DNA from: Nitrospirota bacterium
GTDB taxonomy: Bacteria > Nitrospirota > JACRHJ01
Reading direction: 5' to 3'
DNA length: 64,000 nucleotides
Assembly (NCBI GenBank): GCA_963733375.1
Contig: CAVTDB010000026.1
Span: 96,001 to 160,000, forward strand
Shown: in pieces, positions 35,401 to 46,261 of the stretch
Layout of the letters: the number at the start of each line of letters is the position of its first letter
How positions within the stretch are numbered: position 1 is the stretch's first letter
The notes under the pieces: model-generated
What the model was told of the DNA's origin: nothing
The model's database searches: none
What the model saw: only the letters and a program-made list of their open reading frames with translations
Made by a program: the position numbers and the translations under genes

Positions 35401-37369
35401 GAATTGGTCGATATGCCCGCCGCGGCCGTCGTAATGGACGAATCCATGACGTTGACTAAAATGCTGTTGGTGCCGACCGATGAACTACCGATGTCCCAGT
35501 TCCAGTTGTTCGAATTGCCCCAGTCCTGGACTAAAGCGTAAGCTCCCGCCGTGTCCGGACCCTTCCGGAGGAACTGGTATTTATAATTGCCGCTGCCGCC
35601 GGCGGCGGCGGCGGTCCATGTTACAGCCTGTCCCGGAACTGCGGCCGGCAGGCTTGGAGCAAGGTCATTTACAGTTACCGGTACGTTAGCTGTTACATTT
35701 ATGCCTGTCCCGGGCATTTCAACGTTTCCTGCCTTATCTGTAGCCCTTGTCATGATGGTGTAGGACCCATCCTGGGGCGGAGTCCAGCTGTAGCTCCATT
35801 GTGAGGCGCCCTTTGCCGTGTTCCAGGTCGTACCGCCGTCTGTGGATACTTCCACCTGGTCACGCCGCCAACCTTTCCGTCGGCCGCAACGCCATTCACT
35901 GCGACTGTGGAACCCGTAAGCCTCGCGCCGTTTTTCGGATGCGTTATTTTCGAGCCCGGCGGGGCAAGCCTGACGACATTCACGTATGAGCAACTGATTA
36001 TGGTCTCATGCGCGCCGCTCGAATCCGTCGCGCGGCTCATTATCAGATATGCGCCATTTGTCGCCGGTGTCCATTTATAGTTCCATGTTGTCGTGCCGCT
36101 GGCCGTATCCCCAGGTCGTCCCGCCGTCTGTCGATACTTCCACGAAAGAGACGCCGTCCGCGGCCGAAGCCGTGCCGGTGACGGTGAGACCGGAGCTGCC
36201 GGCAAATGCCTTGCCAGCGGTTACAGGCGAAGTTATTGTCGAGACCGGTAAGGCGTATGACGGCCCCTCGATCATCCTGATGCGGTTGTTCTTGCTGTCG
36301 GCTACGAATATATTGCCCTTTGAATCCGTAGTGAGGCCAAACGGGTAGCGAAGTCCGGCATTGCCCGCGGCAGCGCCGTCGCCGGAAAATCCGGCAACCC
36401 CGGTCCCGGCCATAGTGTTTATCGTGCCGGAGGTATTGACTACCCTGACGCTCTGGTTGTACCAATCAGAAATATATACATTTCCGGCGGCGTCAACCGA
36501 GACGCCGGAAGGATGGTTAAGCGAGGCGGATATGGCATGTACCTCCGTCACCGGATAAGCCAGGCAGTGCCGTCGCCCGCCAGCGTCGTTATCCCGCCGT
36601 CCGAGCTGACAACCCTGACGCGCTGGTTATAACAGTCGGCGATGTAAAGTTTGCCCGCCGCGTCCAGGGCAATGCCCACAGGCCTGTTAAGCTTCGCCGA
36701 AATGGCGGGGCCGCCGTCTCCGGAAAAACCCGCCGCGCCCGTCCCGGCGACGGTCTTTATTATGCCCGTCGCATCTATCATCCGGATGCGGTTGTTGCCG
36801 GTATCCGATACGTATATATTCCCCTTGGAGTCCACCGCTACGCCTTCGGCTTGCTTTATGGCCGCCGAGACAGCCGGCCCGCCGTCGCCTGAGAAACGGG
36901 CGGCGCCGGTCCCTGCAACGGTAGTTATAATGCCGGATGCGCTTATCTTCCTGATGCGGTTGTTGCTCATGTCCGCGAAAAACACGTTCCCGGCGCTATC
37001 GACGGCAATGCCCGAAGGGTTCTTCAGCTTTGCGAGTATGGCGGAGCCGCCGTCGCCTGAATAACCCGCGGCGCCAACGCCCGCGATGGTCGATATCTTG
37101 CCGGTGGCGTCAATTTTCCTGATGCGCTGGTTGGCCCTGTCCGAGACGTAGAGGTTGCCCGCGGCGTCAGACGCCACGCAGCTCGGGGCACTTAGCCGGG
37201 CCGCAGTAGCCTGGCCCCCGTCGCCTGAGAAACCTGCGTTGCCAAGACCTGCATAAGTGTGGATATCGCCGGAAGATGCGAATGCCTCTTGCGAGGCGAA
37301 TATGAGAAGCGGGAGTAGAAGGATGAATACATAGAAATTGAAAAGCTTGGAACTCTTTTGCAGACCCAT
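32477..37369 (-). CDS. Large secreted protein: signal peptide, NHL beta-propeller, two Ig-like domains, seven ~100-aa beta-rich repeats, DUF1565/right-handed beta-helix, C-terminal DIGAY (many indels)
   Basis: (G)FSGDGGPA/P.G.AVD..GN.Y..D..N.RIR repeats; VEVSTDGG.TW; YYMSP.GSDSNSGTISSPWKT; SPAIGAG; SYDIGAY*. Confidence 0.8.
33540..35690 (-). repeat. Seven ~300-330 bp intragenic repeats
   Basis: GAACTGGTA core (YQF) at 33719, 34017, 34317, 34622, 34931, 35241 and 35571; peptide VTWTASATGGSGTYQYQF.RTGPDT.G. Confidence 0.85.
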
Positions 37370-37530
37370 TTTTTTTCCTCCGTGTTGCTTGAGGGCAAAG
37401 CACTTTAAGAACTGTTCCAACATACTCTGATGCGGTTTTTTTATCAAATTAATTGTTTTTAATTAATCCATATTAATCAAACAGTTAGCGGTAATGGTCT
37501 TAGGCGGCGCGTGGAGCATATACGTAAGCA

Positions 37531-37562
37531 TAAAAAAGCCCGCAACTTCACGTTGCGGGCTT
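37531..37562 (-). terminator. Hairpin terminator between the two paralogs
   Basis: AAAAAAGCCCGCAAC-TTCAC-GTTGCGGGCTT. Confidence 0.7.
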
Positions 37563-37587
37563 AGAGATTTTGGAAGTTTATTCAACT

Positions 37588-37618
37588 AAAAAAAGGGGTT
37601 GGACATAGCCCAACCCCC
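37588..37618 (-). terminator. Intrinsic terminator after the short NHL protein gene
   Basis: A run then GGGGTTGG...CCAACCCC; near copy of the hairpin at 32415. Confidence 0.65.
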
Positions 37619-37636
37619 ATCGCTTCCGTTCCTTTC

Positions 37637-40424
37637 CTAATAAGCGCCTATGTCCCAGGATGTACGGGTAGCGCCGGTTATATTGGTATTGAACAGCGTC
37701 TGCGGCGTCCCCGCGCCAATCGCAGGGCTACCGGCATTCAGCCGGTAATTCGATCGAGCTTACAAAGGAGGGGTTCGCGCCAATTGAATGCGCGTCGTTA
37801 GCGGTGTTGGCCTTGATACTGCGCAAGGGAATAGTTCGAACCTTTCCACTGGACATCGGTCGCGTTACCGTACCAGAGATTATAGTCGCCGGCGATCTGG
37901 CGTGTAATCAAACGACCCGACCCGCATGCCCCACTGACGCAGTTGCTGATGATATTGTTTTTCATCGTGAGGTTGACTACTCCCACAGGATTGTTCTGCC
38001 CGGCTTGGCTGAAATCAAGGCCGTATTGCGTTGCTGTCTATGGTATTGTTGTAAATCCCGTATGTTTTGCCCGTCATCGCCTAACAAAATCCCGAAATTG
38101 CAATTTGTTATAATGTTGTTGTAAATCAACAACCCATTTACGTTGGGGCCATGCCAGCCCTGGATGCCACAGCTCGCAATGTGCTGAATCAGGTTGTTTC
38201 GGATTGTTATGTTTGCAGTAGATGCCATGATATAGATACCCTGGTCCTGGCTTGTATTAGTACCTATGTGCTCGAGAACGCAGTTTTGAATCGTGATGTT
38301 CGTTGCATTGGTGTAAAAAATCAATGCCGTCAACACTGTAGTTCTGTATGGTGATTCCATCAAGGATTATGTACCCTGAATTTTCAAAAACGCACAAAGA
38401 CACCCGGCAGACACACCTGTCCCGTCAAAAATCGGCGTCTCTCCAGGATAGGCCTTGATGGTTATCGGGGCGGATGCGTGCCAGATGCGAGAGCATAGAC
38501 CATTGCAAGACCCTTGTCCCGTGTAAGTTCCGCCACGGACATAAAGGGTGTCGCCTGCTTTCAGGGCCGCCGCTCCGTGGGCTAGCGTCTTCCACGGCGA
38601 GCTTATCGTCCCGCTGTTGCTGTCCGAACCGGTCGGAGCTATGTAATAGGAGTTGCCCGTCGAGGTGGGGCTAGGGGTCGGGGTCGGGGTCGGAGTCGGA
38701 GTCGGGGTCGGAGAGGTGCCGCCAGTTGCCGACAGGCTGACGGTGACATTTATGCCTGTGCCGGGCGTTTCAACGTTTCCTGCCTTATCCGTAGCCCTTG
38801 TCATGATGGTGTAGGACCCATCCTGGGGCGGAGTCCAGCTGTAGCTCCATTGTGAGGCGCCCTTCGCCGTATTCCAGGTCGTCCCGCCGTCTGTGGATAC
38901 TTCCACCTTGGCCAAGCCGCAACCCTTTCCGTGGGCCGCAACGCCATTCACTGCGACTTTGGAAGCCGTAAGCCTCGCGCCGTTTTTCGGATGCGTTATT
39001 TTCGAGCCCGGCGGGGCAAGCCTGACGAGTACGTTCACGTATGAGCAACTGATTATGGTCTCATGCGCGCCGCTCGAATCCGTCGCACGGCTCATTATCA
39101 GATATGCGCCATCTGTCGTCGGGCTCCATTTATAGCTCCATGTTGCCGTGCCGCTGGCCGTACCCCAGGTAGCCCCGCCGTCTGTCGATACTTCCACGAA
39201 AGAGACGCCGCCCGCGGCCGAAGCCGTGCCGGTGACGGCGAGACCTGAGCTGCCGGCAAATATCTTGCCAGCGGTTACAGGCGAAGTTATTGTCGAGACC
39301 GGTAAGGCGTATGACGGCCCCTCGATCATCCTGATGCGGTTGTTCTTGCTGTCGGCTACGAATATATTGCCCTTTGAATCCGTAGTGAGGCCAAACGGGT
39401 AGCGAAGTCCGGCATTGCCCGCGGCAGCGCCGTCGCCGGAAAATCCGGCAACCCCGGTCCCGGCCAGAGTGTTTATCGTGCCGGAGGTATTGACTACCCT
39501 GACGCCCTGGTTGTGCCAGTCGGCTATATATACAGTTCCCGCGGCGGTAACCGACACGCCTGAAGGAAATCTAAGCGAGGCGGACATGGCATGTCCTCCG
39601 TCACCGGATAAGCCAGGCGTGCCGTCGCCCGCCAGCGTCGTTATCCCGCCGTCCGAGCTGACAACCCTGACGCGCTGGTTATAACAGTCGGCGATGTAAA
39701 GTTTGCCCGCCGCGTCCAGGGCAATGCCCACAGGCTTGTTAAGCTTCGCCGAAATGGCGGGGCCGCCGTCTCCGGAAAAACCCGCCGCGCCCGTCCCGGC
39801 GACGGTCTTTATTATGCCCGTCGCATCTATCATCCTGATGCGGTTGTTGCCGGTATCCGATACGTATATATCCCCTTTGGAGTCCACCGCTACGCCTTCG
39901 GCATGGTTTATGGCCGCCGAGACAGCCGGCCCGCCGTCGCCTGAGAAACGGGCGGCGCCGGTCCCTGCAACGGTAGTTATAATGCCGGATGCGCTTATCT
40001 TCCTGATGCGGTTGTTGCTCATGTCCGCGAAAAACACGTTCCCGGCGCTATCGACGGCAATGCCCGAAGGGTTTTTCAGCTTTGCGAGTATGGCGGAGCC
40101 GCCGTCGCCTGAATAACCCGCGGCGCCAACGCCCGCGATGGTCGATATCTTGCCGGTGGCGTCTATTTTCCTGATGCGCTGGTTGGCCCTGTCCGAGATG
40201 TAGAGGTTGCCCGCGGCATCAGACGCCACGCAGCTCGGGGCACTTAGCCGGGCCGCAGTAGCCTGGCCCCCGTCGCCTGAGAAACCTGCGTTGCCAAGAC
40301 CTGCATAAGTGTGGATATCGCCGGAGGATGCGAATGCCTCTTGCGAGGCGAATATGAGAAGCGGGAGTAGAAGGATGAATACATAGAAATTAAAAAGCTT
40401 GTAATTTTTTTTCAGACCCATCAT
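37637..40424 (-). CDS. Secreted paralog: NHL beta-propeller, two Ig-like domains, Pro-Thr linker, DUF1565/beta-helix, DIGAY (frameshifts in the 3' third)
   Basis: Nearly identical to 35700-37369; PTPTPTPTPTPTP linker; YYIAPTGSDSNSGTISSPWKT, GDTLYVRGGTY, AYPGETPIFDG; SWDIGAY*. Confidence 0.85.
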
Positions 40425-40662
40425 TTTTGATTCCTCCGTGCTGTTTGGGGGTAATTCCCTTTCAGAACTGCCCCAAGATACGCTGGAGCGGGCCATGAAT
40501 CAAATTAAAAGTCTTTAATTAATCTTTATTAATCAAAGGTTAGCAGTAATGGTCTGTTAAAGAAATGGTTTTGGGTGGTAAGGAAAGCATGAAAAAGCTT
40601 TAAAAGCGGGCGCCTCGAACGATAAGTACATAGTTGTTTTTGTGTAGCGGCAATCACTGCCG

Positions 40663-40872
40663 TCATTGCATTTTTTCCTGCGTCATATCCTCCTTTCTTT
40701 CATCCTGCTTTAAGTGATATCCAAGATAGAAAGGACATATTCTGCATAAAACAGTAGTGCAGTACTCTCTTAGCTGGAAGTTACTGGGGCAGTACGATTC
40801 ATTCACTGTGCAACAGTGGTATGCAACCCTTTTTGACAGATGCGGACATCTTGTTTTAGGCATATTTAGCAC
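40663..40872 (-). CDS. Small Cys-rich protein of unknown function
   Basis: RCPHL...HCC...YCPSNFQLREYC...CRICPFY; GAGGGG upstream. Confidence 0.55.
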   Translation of the reverse strand: MLNMPKTRCPHLSKRVAYHCCTVNESYCPSNFQLREYCTTVLCRICPFYLGYHLKQDERKEDMTQEKMQ

Positions 40873-41126
40873 CCCTCGCTGTTTAACCTTTTTTAAATAT
40901 GAGGGCTGATAGACTACTCTCTAGACGGTACGTGACGCGCTGAAGTTACAAAAAAAGCGAAACTATGGGAAACGTATTCAGTTTCAGGGAAGTCTTCAGG
41001 CAAAACGGCGGAAAATGCAGGTGCGGCTGAAACTCCCAGTAACAATTTCAAATTAGGTAAGTGATGGATTTATCCCATCAAGGAGTAGATACCCGTATGT
41101 TATGCTTAATTGAGGCAAAAGGGTAT

Positions 41127-41155
41127 TTGCAATAATAAGGTTGACGCGGTAATCT
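41127..41155 (+). promoter_or_regulatory. Possible sigma70 promoter of the DUF5132-ATPase-metK operon
   Basis: TTGCAA-17 nt-TAATCT. Confidence 0.3.
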
Positions 41156-41196
41156 TTAAATAATGCTGTCGGTTAATCTAATAAAGGGAGGCTGTT

Positions 41197-41487
41197 ATGG
41201 CGGGGTTGGGTGATATATTCAAGGGCAATATCGTTACTGCCGTAGTGATTGGGGTGGGTGCAATAATACTTGCGCCGGTGGCGGCCCGCGCGGCCAAACC
41301 GCTCGCCAAGGCCGCGTTAAAGGGCGGGCTGATTGCCTTTGAGAAGGGCAAGGAGGCGTTTCACGAGGTGAGCGAGGTGGTCGAGGACCTGGTGGCAGAG
41401 GTCAAGGCGGAGATGGAGAAGGAGGAGGCGAAGGAAACCCTTGAATCCATTGTCGCTGAAGGGGGAGAGATTACAAGTGCCTCCTAA
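41197..41487 (+). CDS. DUF5132-like small Gly-rich membrane-associated protein
   Basis: IGVGAIILAP...KPLAKAALKGG...E..EDLVAEVKAE; GGGAGG RBS. Confidence 0.75.
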   Translation: MAGLGDIFKGNIVTAVVIGVGAIILAPVAARAAKPLAKAALKGGLIAFEKGKEAFHEVSEVVEDLVAEVKAEMEKEEAKETLESIVAEGGEITSAS

Positions 41488-42004
41488 AGCCGGGCCGGAA
41501 GCGCCGTCGGCCTATATAAGCCATGCGACAAAAGGAAGGGTGCGGTTCAAGATACCTTCCAAGAAGGGCAACGCCCGTTTCTTTGCAAATATCAAGGACG
41601 TTCTTGAAAAAAATACCAGGGTCGCGGGTGTTGAAGTCAATCCCGTGACCGGCAGCGCCCTTGTCACCCACAATGCCGACATGGATTCCATAATCAAGCT
41701 CGCGGAGTCGAACAAGTTCTTCAAGCTCGAAAAGCGCGGACGGCGGCATGTATCCAACAACGTGGTAGAGAGCTTCAAGAGCCTGGACAATACGTTGAAA
41801 TCCGCGACGGACGGAGAGCTTGACCTGCCCACCGCGTCATTCCTGACGCTGGCGGGAGTCGGGATATATGAAATTGCGAAAGGCAATTTCGCCGCGCCCG
41901 CATGGTATACCGCATTCTGGTATGCGCTCAACATATTCCTGAAGGCAAGGCCTGACGCCAATGAAATCGAAAGAGAGCTTGTTCCACTTGGCGTTATCGA
42001 ATAA
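41477..42004 (+). CDS. HMA2/CoBaHMA-like domain protein with a C-terminal hydrophobic segment
   Basis: SHATKGRVRFKIP...VEVNPVTGSALVTH with no CxxC; tail LAGVGIYEI..GNFAAPAWYTAFWYA. Confidence 0.75.
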   Translation: MPPKAGPEAPSAYISHATKGRVRFKIPSKKGNARFFANIKDVLEKNTRVAGVEVNPVTGSALVTHNADMDSIIKLAESNKFFKLEKRGRRHVSNNVVESFKSLDNTLKSATDGELDLPTASFLTLAGVGIYEIAKGNFAAPAWYTAFWYALNIFLKARPDANEIERELVPLGVIE

Positions 42005-42016
42005 TGCAAGGGCAAT

Positions 42017-45000
42017 GTGGTACAGCCTATACATACTGCGGTCAGAGGGAGAGCACGGTATAAGGTAAAAGGACTTTACCACTCCGAATCCCTCAAAACA
42101 GATATCGAAAAGGGCCTCTTTAATGAGGCTCGTGTAATTTCTTTTTCCGTCAACATCCTGACCGGAAACGTCCTTGTATTTTTTCCTCCCGAAGAATCCA
42201 GCTCCGTAATAGCCTCACTGCTCAAATCCATTGTAGACAGCTACATAAAAAAACTTCAGGAATCCGGCCCGCCAGCCAGGACGGTAACCTCACCCGCAAA
42301 GGCAAAAGCTGAGCTTCGGGAAAAGTTCAAGAGAATCAGGCCGTCATGAAGAACAGGACGCGGCGCACTGGCATCTTATCAGTTCCGAAGACGCCCTCAA
42401 TCTCACACGCTCTCAGGCAGGCTACGGCCTCACGTCCGAGGCCGCGGCGGATAAGCTCAGGAAATTCGGACCGAACCTCCTGCCGGAGGCTGTAAAGCGC
42501 TCCGGCCTTGAGATATTCGCGGAACAGTTCAAATCGATTCCGGTTGCGCTTCTGGGTGTAGCCGCGGGCCTTTCAATCTTTACGGGAGGCATATCCGACG
42601 CGGTCCTTATCGCGGGCGTGGTCCTCATCAACGCCGCAATCGGTTATGTCACTGAAACCCAGGCCGAAAAAACCATCAGTTCGTTGAAAACCCTGGTCAG
42701 GCCTTACGCGACTGTCTTAAGAGACGGCTTGCCGACAGAACTGGATGCCAAAGACGTGGTGCCGGGCGACGTCATTATCCTGAAACCCGGCAGTTACGTG
42801 GCTGCGGACTCAAGGCTTATAGAGGCCGATTTTCTCACCGTCGACGAGTCGGCCCTCACCGGCGAGAGCATGCCGGTGACAAAGAATACCGAGACGCTGG
42901 TAAAGCTGGACGTGCCCCTTGCGGACAGATTGAATATGGCTTATATGGGGACTCTTGTAATCGGGGGACAGGGCTATGCCGTGGTCGTCGCCACAGGCGA
43001 GTTCACCGAAATAGGCAGGATTCAGACGATGATGGGGGAAGCCCAGTCGCCGGAGACTCCCATGGAGAGACAGCTCCGGGTAATGGGCGGACAGTTAGTC
43101 GTCATAAGCGGGGGCGTGTGCGCCGTCGTGTTCATAATCGGCCTGTTACGGGGATATGGGTTCCTGCAGATGCTGCAGTCGTCGATATCCCTTGCCGTGG
43201 CCGCGGTCCCCGAGGGCCTGCCCACGATCGCGACTACGACCCTTGCGCTCGGGATAAGGAAGATGCGAAGGCATAACGTGCTTATCCGGCATCTGGAAGC
43301 GGTGGAAACCCTGGGTTCAGTCCAGACCATCTCGTTCGACAAGACCGGCACGATCACGATGAACAGGATGACCGTGGTGGAGGTTTACGCAGGCGGCATA
43401 AGGTTAAAGATATCAGACGGCAAATTCATCTCGGATGCGGACAGAGTGAATCCCTATGCGATGAAAGAGCTGCTGATGCTGCTGCACGTATCGGTCATAT
43501 GCAATGAGACCAAAATAGACTTCAAAGACGGCGAATACGAGCTTCGAGGCTCGCCCACGGAAATCGCGCTGATTAACCTGGCTATAAACGCTGGCATAGA
43601 CGTAGTGGAACTAAGGGCAAGGCACCCCATCCGAAAGATAAGCCATCGCTCGGAGAGCCGCAACTACATGAGCACCATGCACGGGGCGAAGGGCGGCGGC
43701 AAAATTTTCGCGGTAAAGGGAAGCCCGTCGGAAGTCCTTGCGATGTGCAAGTGGCATATGAAGGGCGGGCAGACGCTTCAACTTACCGAGGATGACAGGC
43801 AGGAGATATTCACGGAAAACGAGAGGATGGCCGGCGCTTCCATGAGGATGCTGGGTGCGGCTTTCAATTATTCCGGTGAAAACGGCAATGGGCTGATATG
43901 GCTGGGCCTTATCGGCATGGCGGACCCCGTTAGGAAGGGACTCAAGAACCTTATGGCCGGTTTTCACCAGGCCGGCATCGATACGATAATGATAACGGGC
44001 GACCAGAGCCCTACCGCGTTTGCAATCGGCAAGGAGCTGAACCTGAGCCAGGACAAGCAACTCGAAATACTGGATTCGACGCATCTTGCCGATATGGACA
44101 AGGAAGTCCTGCGGGCGCTCGCCGCGAGGGTGCATGTTTACGCCAGGGTAAGTCCGGCGCATAAGCTCCAGATAGTCAGGGCATTGCAGGAATCCGGGAA
44201 GGTGGTCGCCATGACGGGCGACGGAATAAACGACGGCCCGGCGCTGAAGGCGGCGGACATCGGGATTGCGCTTGGGCATACCGGGACGGACGTAGCCAGG
44301 GAAGTGGCGGATATCGTCCTGGAAGACGATAACCTGGAGACGATGATAGTGGCGGTCAGCCATGGAAGGACAATATATAACAACATCCGCAAATCGGTCC
44401 ACTACCTGCTTGCCACCAACTTAAGCGAAATCAACGTAATGTTTCTTGCTATCGCGGGCGGCCTGGGCCAGCCCCTGAGCGCGATACAGCTCCTTTGGAT
44501 AAACCTCCTTTCGGATATCTTCCCCGGGCTTGCGCTGGCGCTCGAACTGCCCGAGCCGGACGTTCTGTCCCGGCCGCCCAGGGACCCGCACGAGCCGATA
44601 ATAAAGCGCTCTGACTTTAAAAGGATCGCTTTTGAGTCGGCGCTTTTGTCCGGCGGGGCGCTTGGGGCTTATGGATACGGAATAGCGAGGTATGGGATGG
44701 GGGCAAAGGCAAACACGATGGCGTTTACGACCCTGACGACCGCCCAGCTGGTGCACGCAATAAGCTGCCGCTCAGAGACGGAAAGCATCTTCGGCAAGGA
44801 AAAGATGCCGCCGAACCCTTATCTCAACACGGCGCTCGGGGTTTCTCTCGCCTTGCAGGTTCTGACCCTGGCGATACCGGGTTTAAGGAGGCTCCTTGGA
44901 ATTACGACGATCGGGTTTGCCGACGCGGCCGTTATCGGCGCCGGCTCCATACTGCCATTTCTGATAAACGAGGCGACGAAGAGTAAACCTTCGGAAAAAG

Positions 45001-45122
45001 CTGATCGCGAAAAAAGCGCCTCCGCGCTTGAAAGCACCGTACCTTCAACCGAACGGGAGACGAACGGATATGAGAAAGAATTTCATGTTTACCTCGGAGT
45101 CGGTAACGGAAGGACACCCTGA
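42017..45122 (+). CDS. P2A (Ca2+-type) P-type ATPase with an N-terminal HMA2-like domain (frameshifts at about 42300-42430)
   Basis: IHTAVRGRARYKV...NILTGNVLV; DESALTGES, AVAAVPEGLP, DKTGT, KGSP, MITGD, TGDGINDGPAL, ATNLSE, LWINLLSD. Confidence 0.9.
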
Positions 45123-46260
45123 CAAACTTTGCGACCTTATAGCCGACGGTATCGTGGACCACTTCCTCCAGCAGGACCCGCTCTCCAAGGTGGTCGCCGA
45201 GTGCGCGGTTTCCACGTCCATCGTATTCATCGCGGCGAGGTTCGCTTCCACGGCCATTGTGGATTTTCCGGCGGTTGCGAGACAGATAATAGACCAGGTA
45301 GGCTATGATCAGCCGGCCTTTAACGCGAAGACGTGCAGCATACTTACAAGCCTGAGGGAGCTTCCGGAGAAAGAGCGCCCGGCCGTGGACGAGAAGGACA
45401 TGTCGGATGAGGAGATCGAGGCGATGCCGGCAAGAAACCAGGTCACGGTCTTCGGTTATGCCTGCGATCAGACATCGGTATTGATGCCGCTCCCGATATG
45501 GCTCGCGCACAAGCTGGCCAGGCGGCTTACGATGGTGAGGCTGACGAAGACGCTTCCCTACCTCTGCCCGGACGGAAAGACCCAGGTGGGGGTGGAGTAC
45601 AGGGATTTTAAGCCGCACCGGATACACAGCATAACGATAGTCGCGAGCCAGGACAAAACCGGCGTGCCCGTCCTTAAAAACCTGCACGAAGAAATAAAGG
45701 GGGCGGTGATCGACGAGGTCTTCAAGGACGAGAGAATAAAACCGGACGACAAGACACATATATTCGTGAACCCGAGGGGGCAGTTGATAGTGGGCGGCCC
45801 CTCCGTGCATTCCGGCCTTACGGGCAGGAAAAACGCCATCGACACTTACGGCGAATATTCGAGGCAAAGCGGCGCGGCGCTCTCCGGCAAGGACCCGTCG
45901 AGGATTGACAGAGTCGGGGCCTATGCCGCGCGGCATGCGGCAAAGACAGTGGTCGCGGCGGGGCTTGCAACGGAGTGCGAGGTCCAGTTGAGCTATTCAA
46001 TCAACCTCTCAAGGCCGGTGAGCGTGCAGGTGGAGACGTTCGGCACCGGCAAAATTGGCGATGAGGAGATAGCCTCGATGCTGGAGAAAAATTTCGATTT
46101 CAGGCTAGCCGGAATAATAAAAAAGTTCAACCTGAGGCACCTGCCGTCTTTAATCAAGGGAGGCTTTTACAGGAAGCTTGCCGCATACGGCCATATGGGC
46201 AGGATGGACATGGGACTGCCCTGGGAAGTAACGGAAAAGATATCCGCGTTCAGGAGGTAG
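45070..46260 (+). CDS. Divergent S-adenosylmethionine synthetase (MetK) paralog
   Basis: FTSESVTEGHPDK, PDGKTQV, GLTGRK..DTYG, SGKDP, AAYGH retained; GAGDQG and GGGAFSGKD signatures altered; GGAGA RBS. Confidence 0.88.
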   Translation: MRKNFMFTSESVTEGHPDKLCDLIADGIVDHFLQQDPLSKVVAECAVSTSIVFIAARFASTAIVDFPAVARQIIDQVGYDQPAFNAKTCSILTSLRELPEKERPAVDEKDMSDEEIEAMPARNQVTVFGYACDQTSVLMPLPIWLAHKLARRLTMVRLTKTLPYLCPDGKTQVGVEYRDFKPHRIHSITIVASQDKTGVPVLKNLHEEIKGAVIDEVFKDERIKPDDKTHIFVNPRGQLIVGGPSVHSGLTGRKNAIDTYGEYSRQSGAALSGKDPSRIDRVGAYAARHAAKTVVAAGLATECEVQLSYSINLSRPVSVQVETFGTGKIGDEEIASMLEKNFDFRLAGIIKKFNLRHLPSLIKGGFYRKLAAYGHMGRMDMGLPWEVTEKISAFRR

Positions 46261-46261
46261 C

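Noticed and set aside
33540-35690. CRISPR array or DGR-like repeats
   Set aside because: Units are ~300 bp protein-coding domains with no spacer structure, no cas or reverse transcriptase gene, and no adenine-specific variation noticed
40940-41040. Possible c-di-GMP-I riboswitch (GCGAAAC/GGCAAAAC, GAAA motifs)
   Set aside because: Could not form the P2 stem or find the GACGCAAAGC-type core; an Infernal/Rfam scan would settle it
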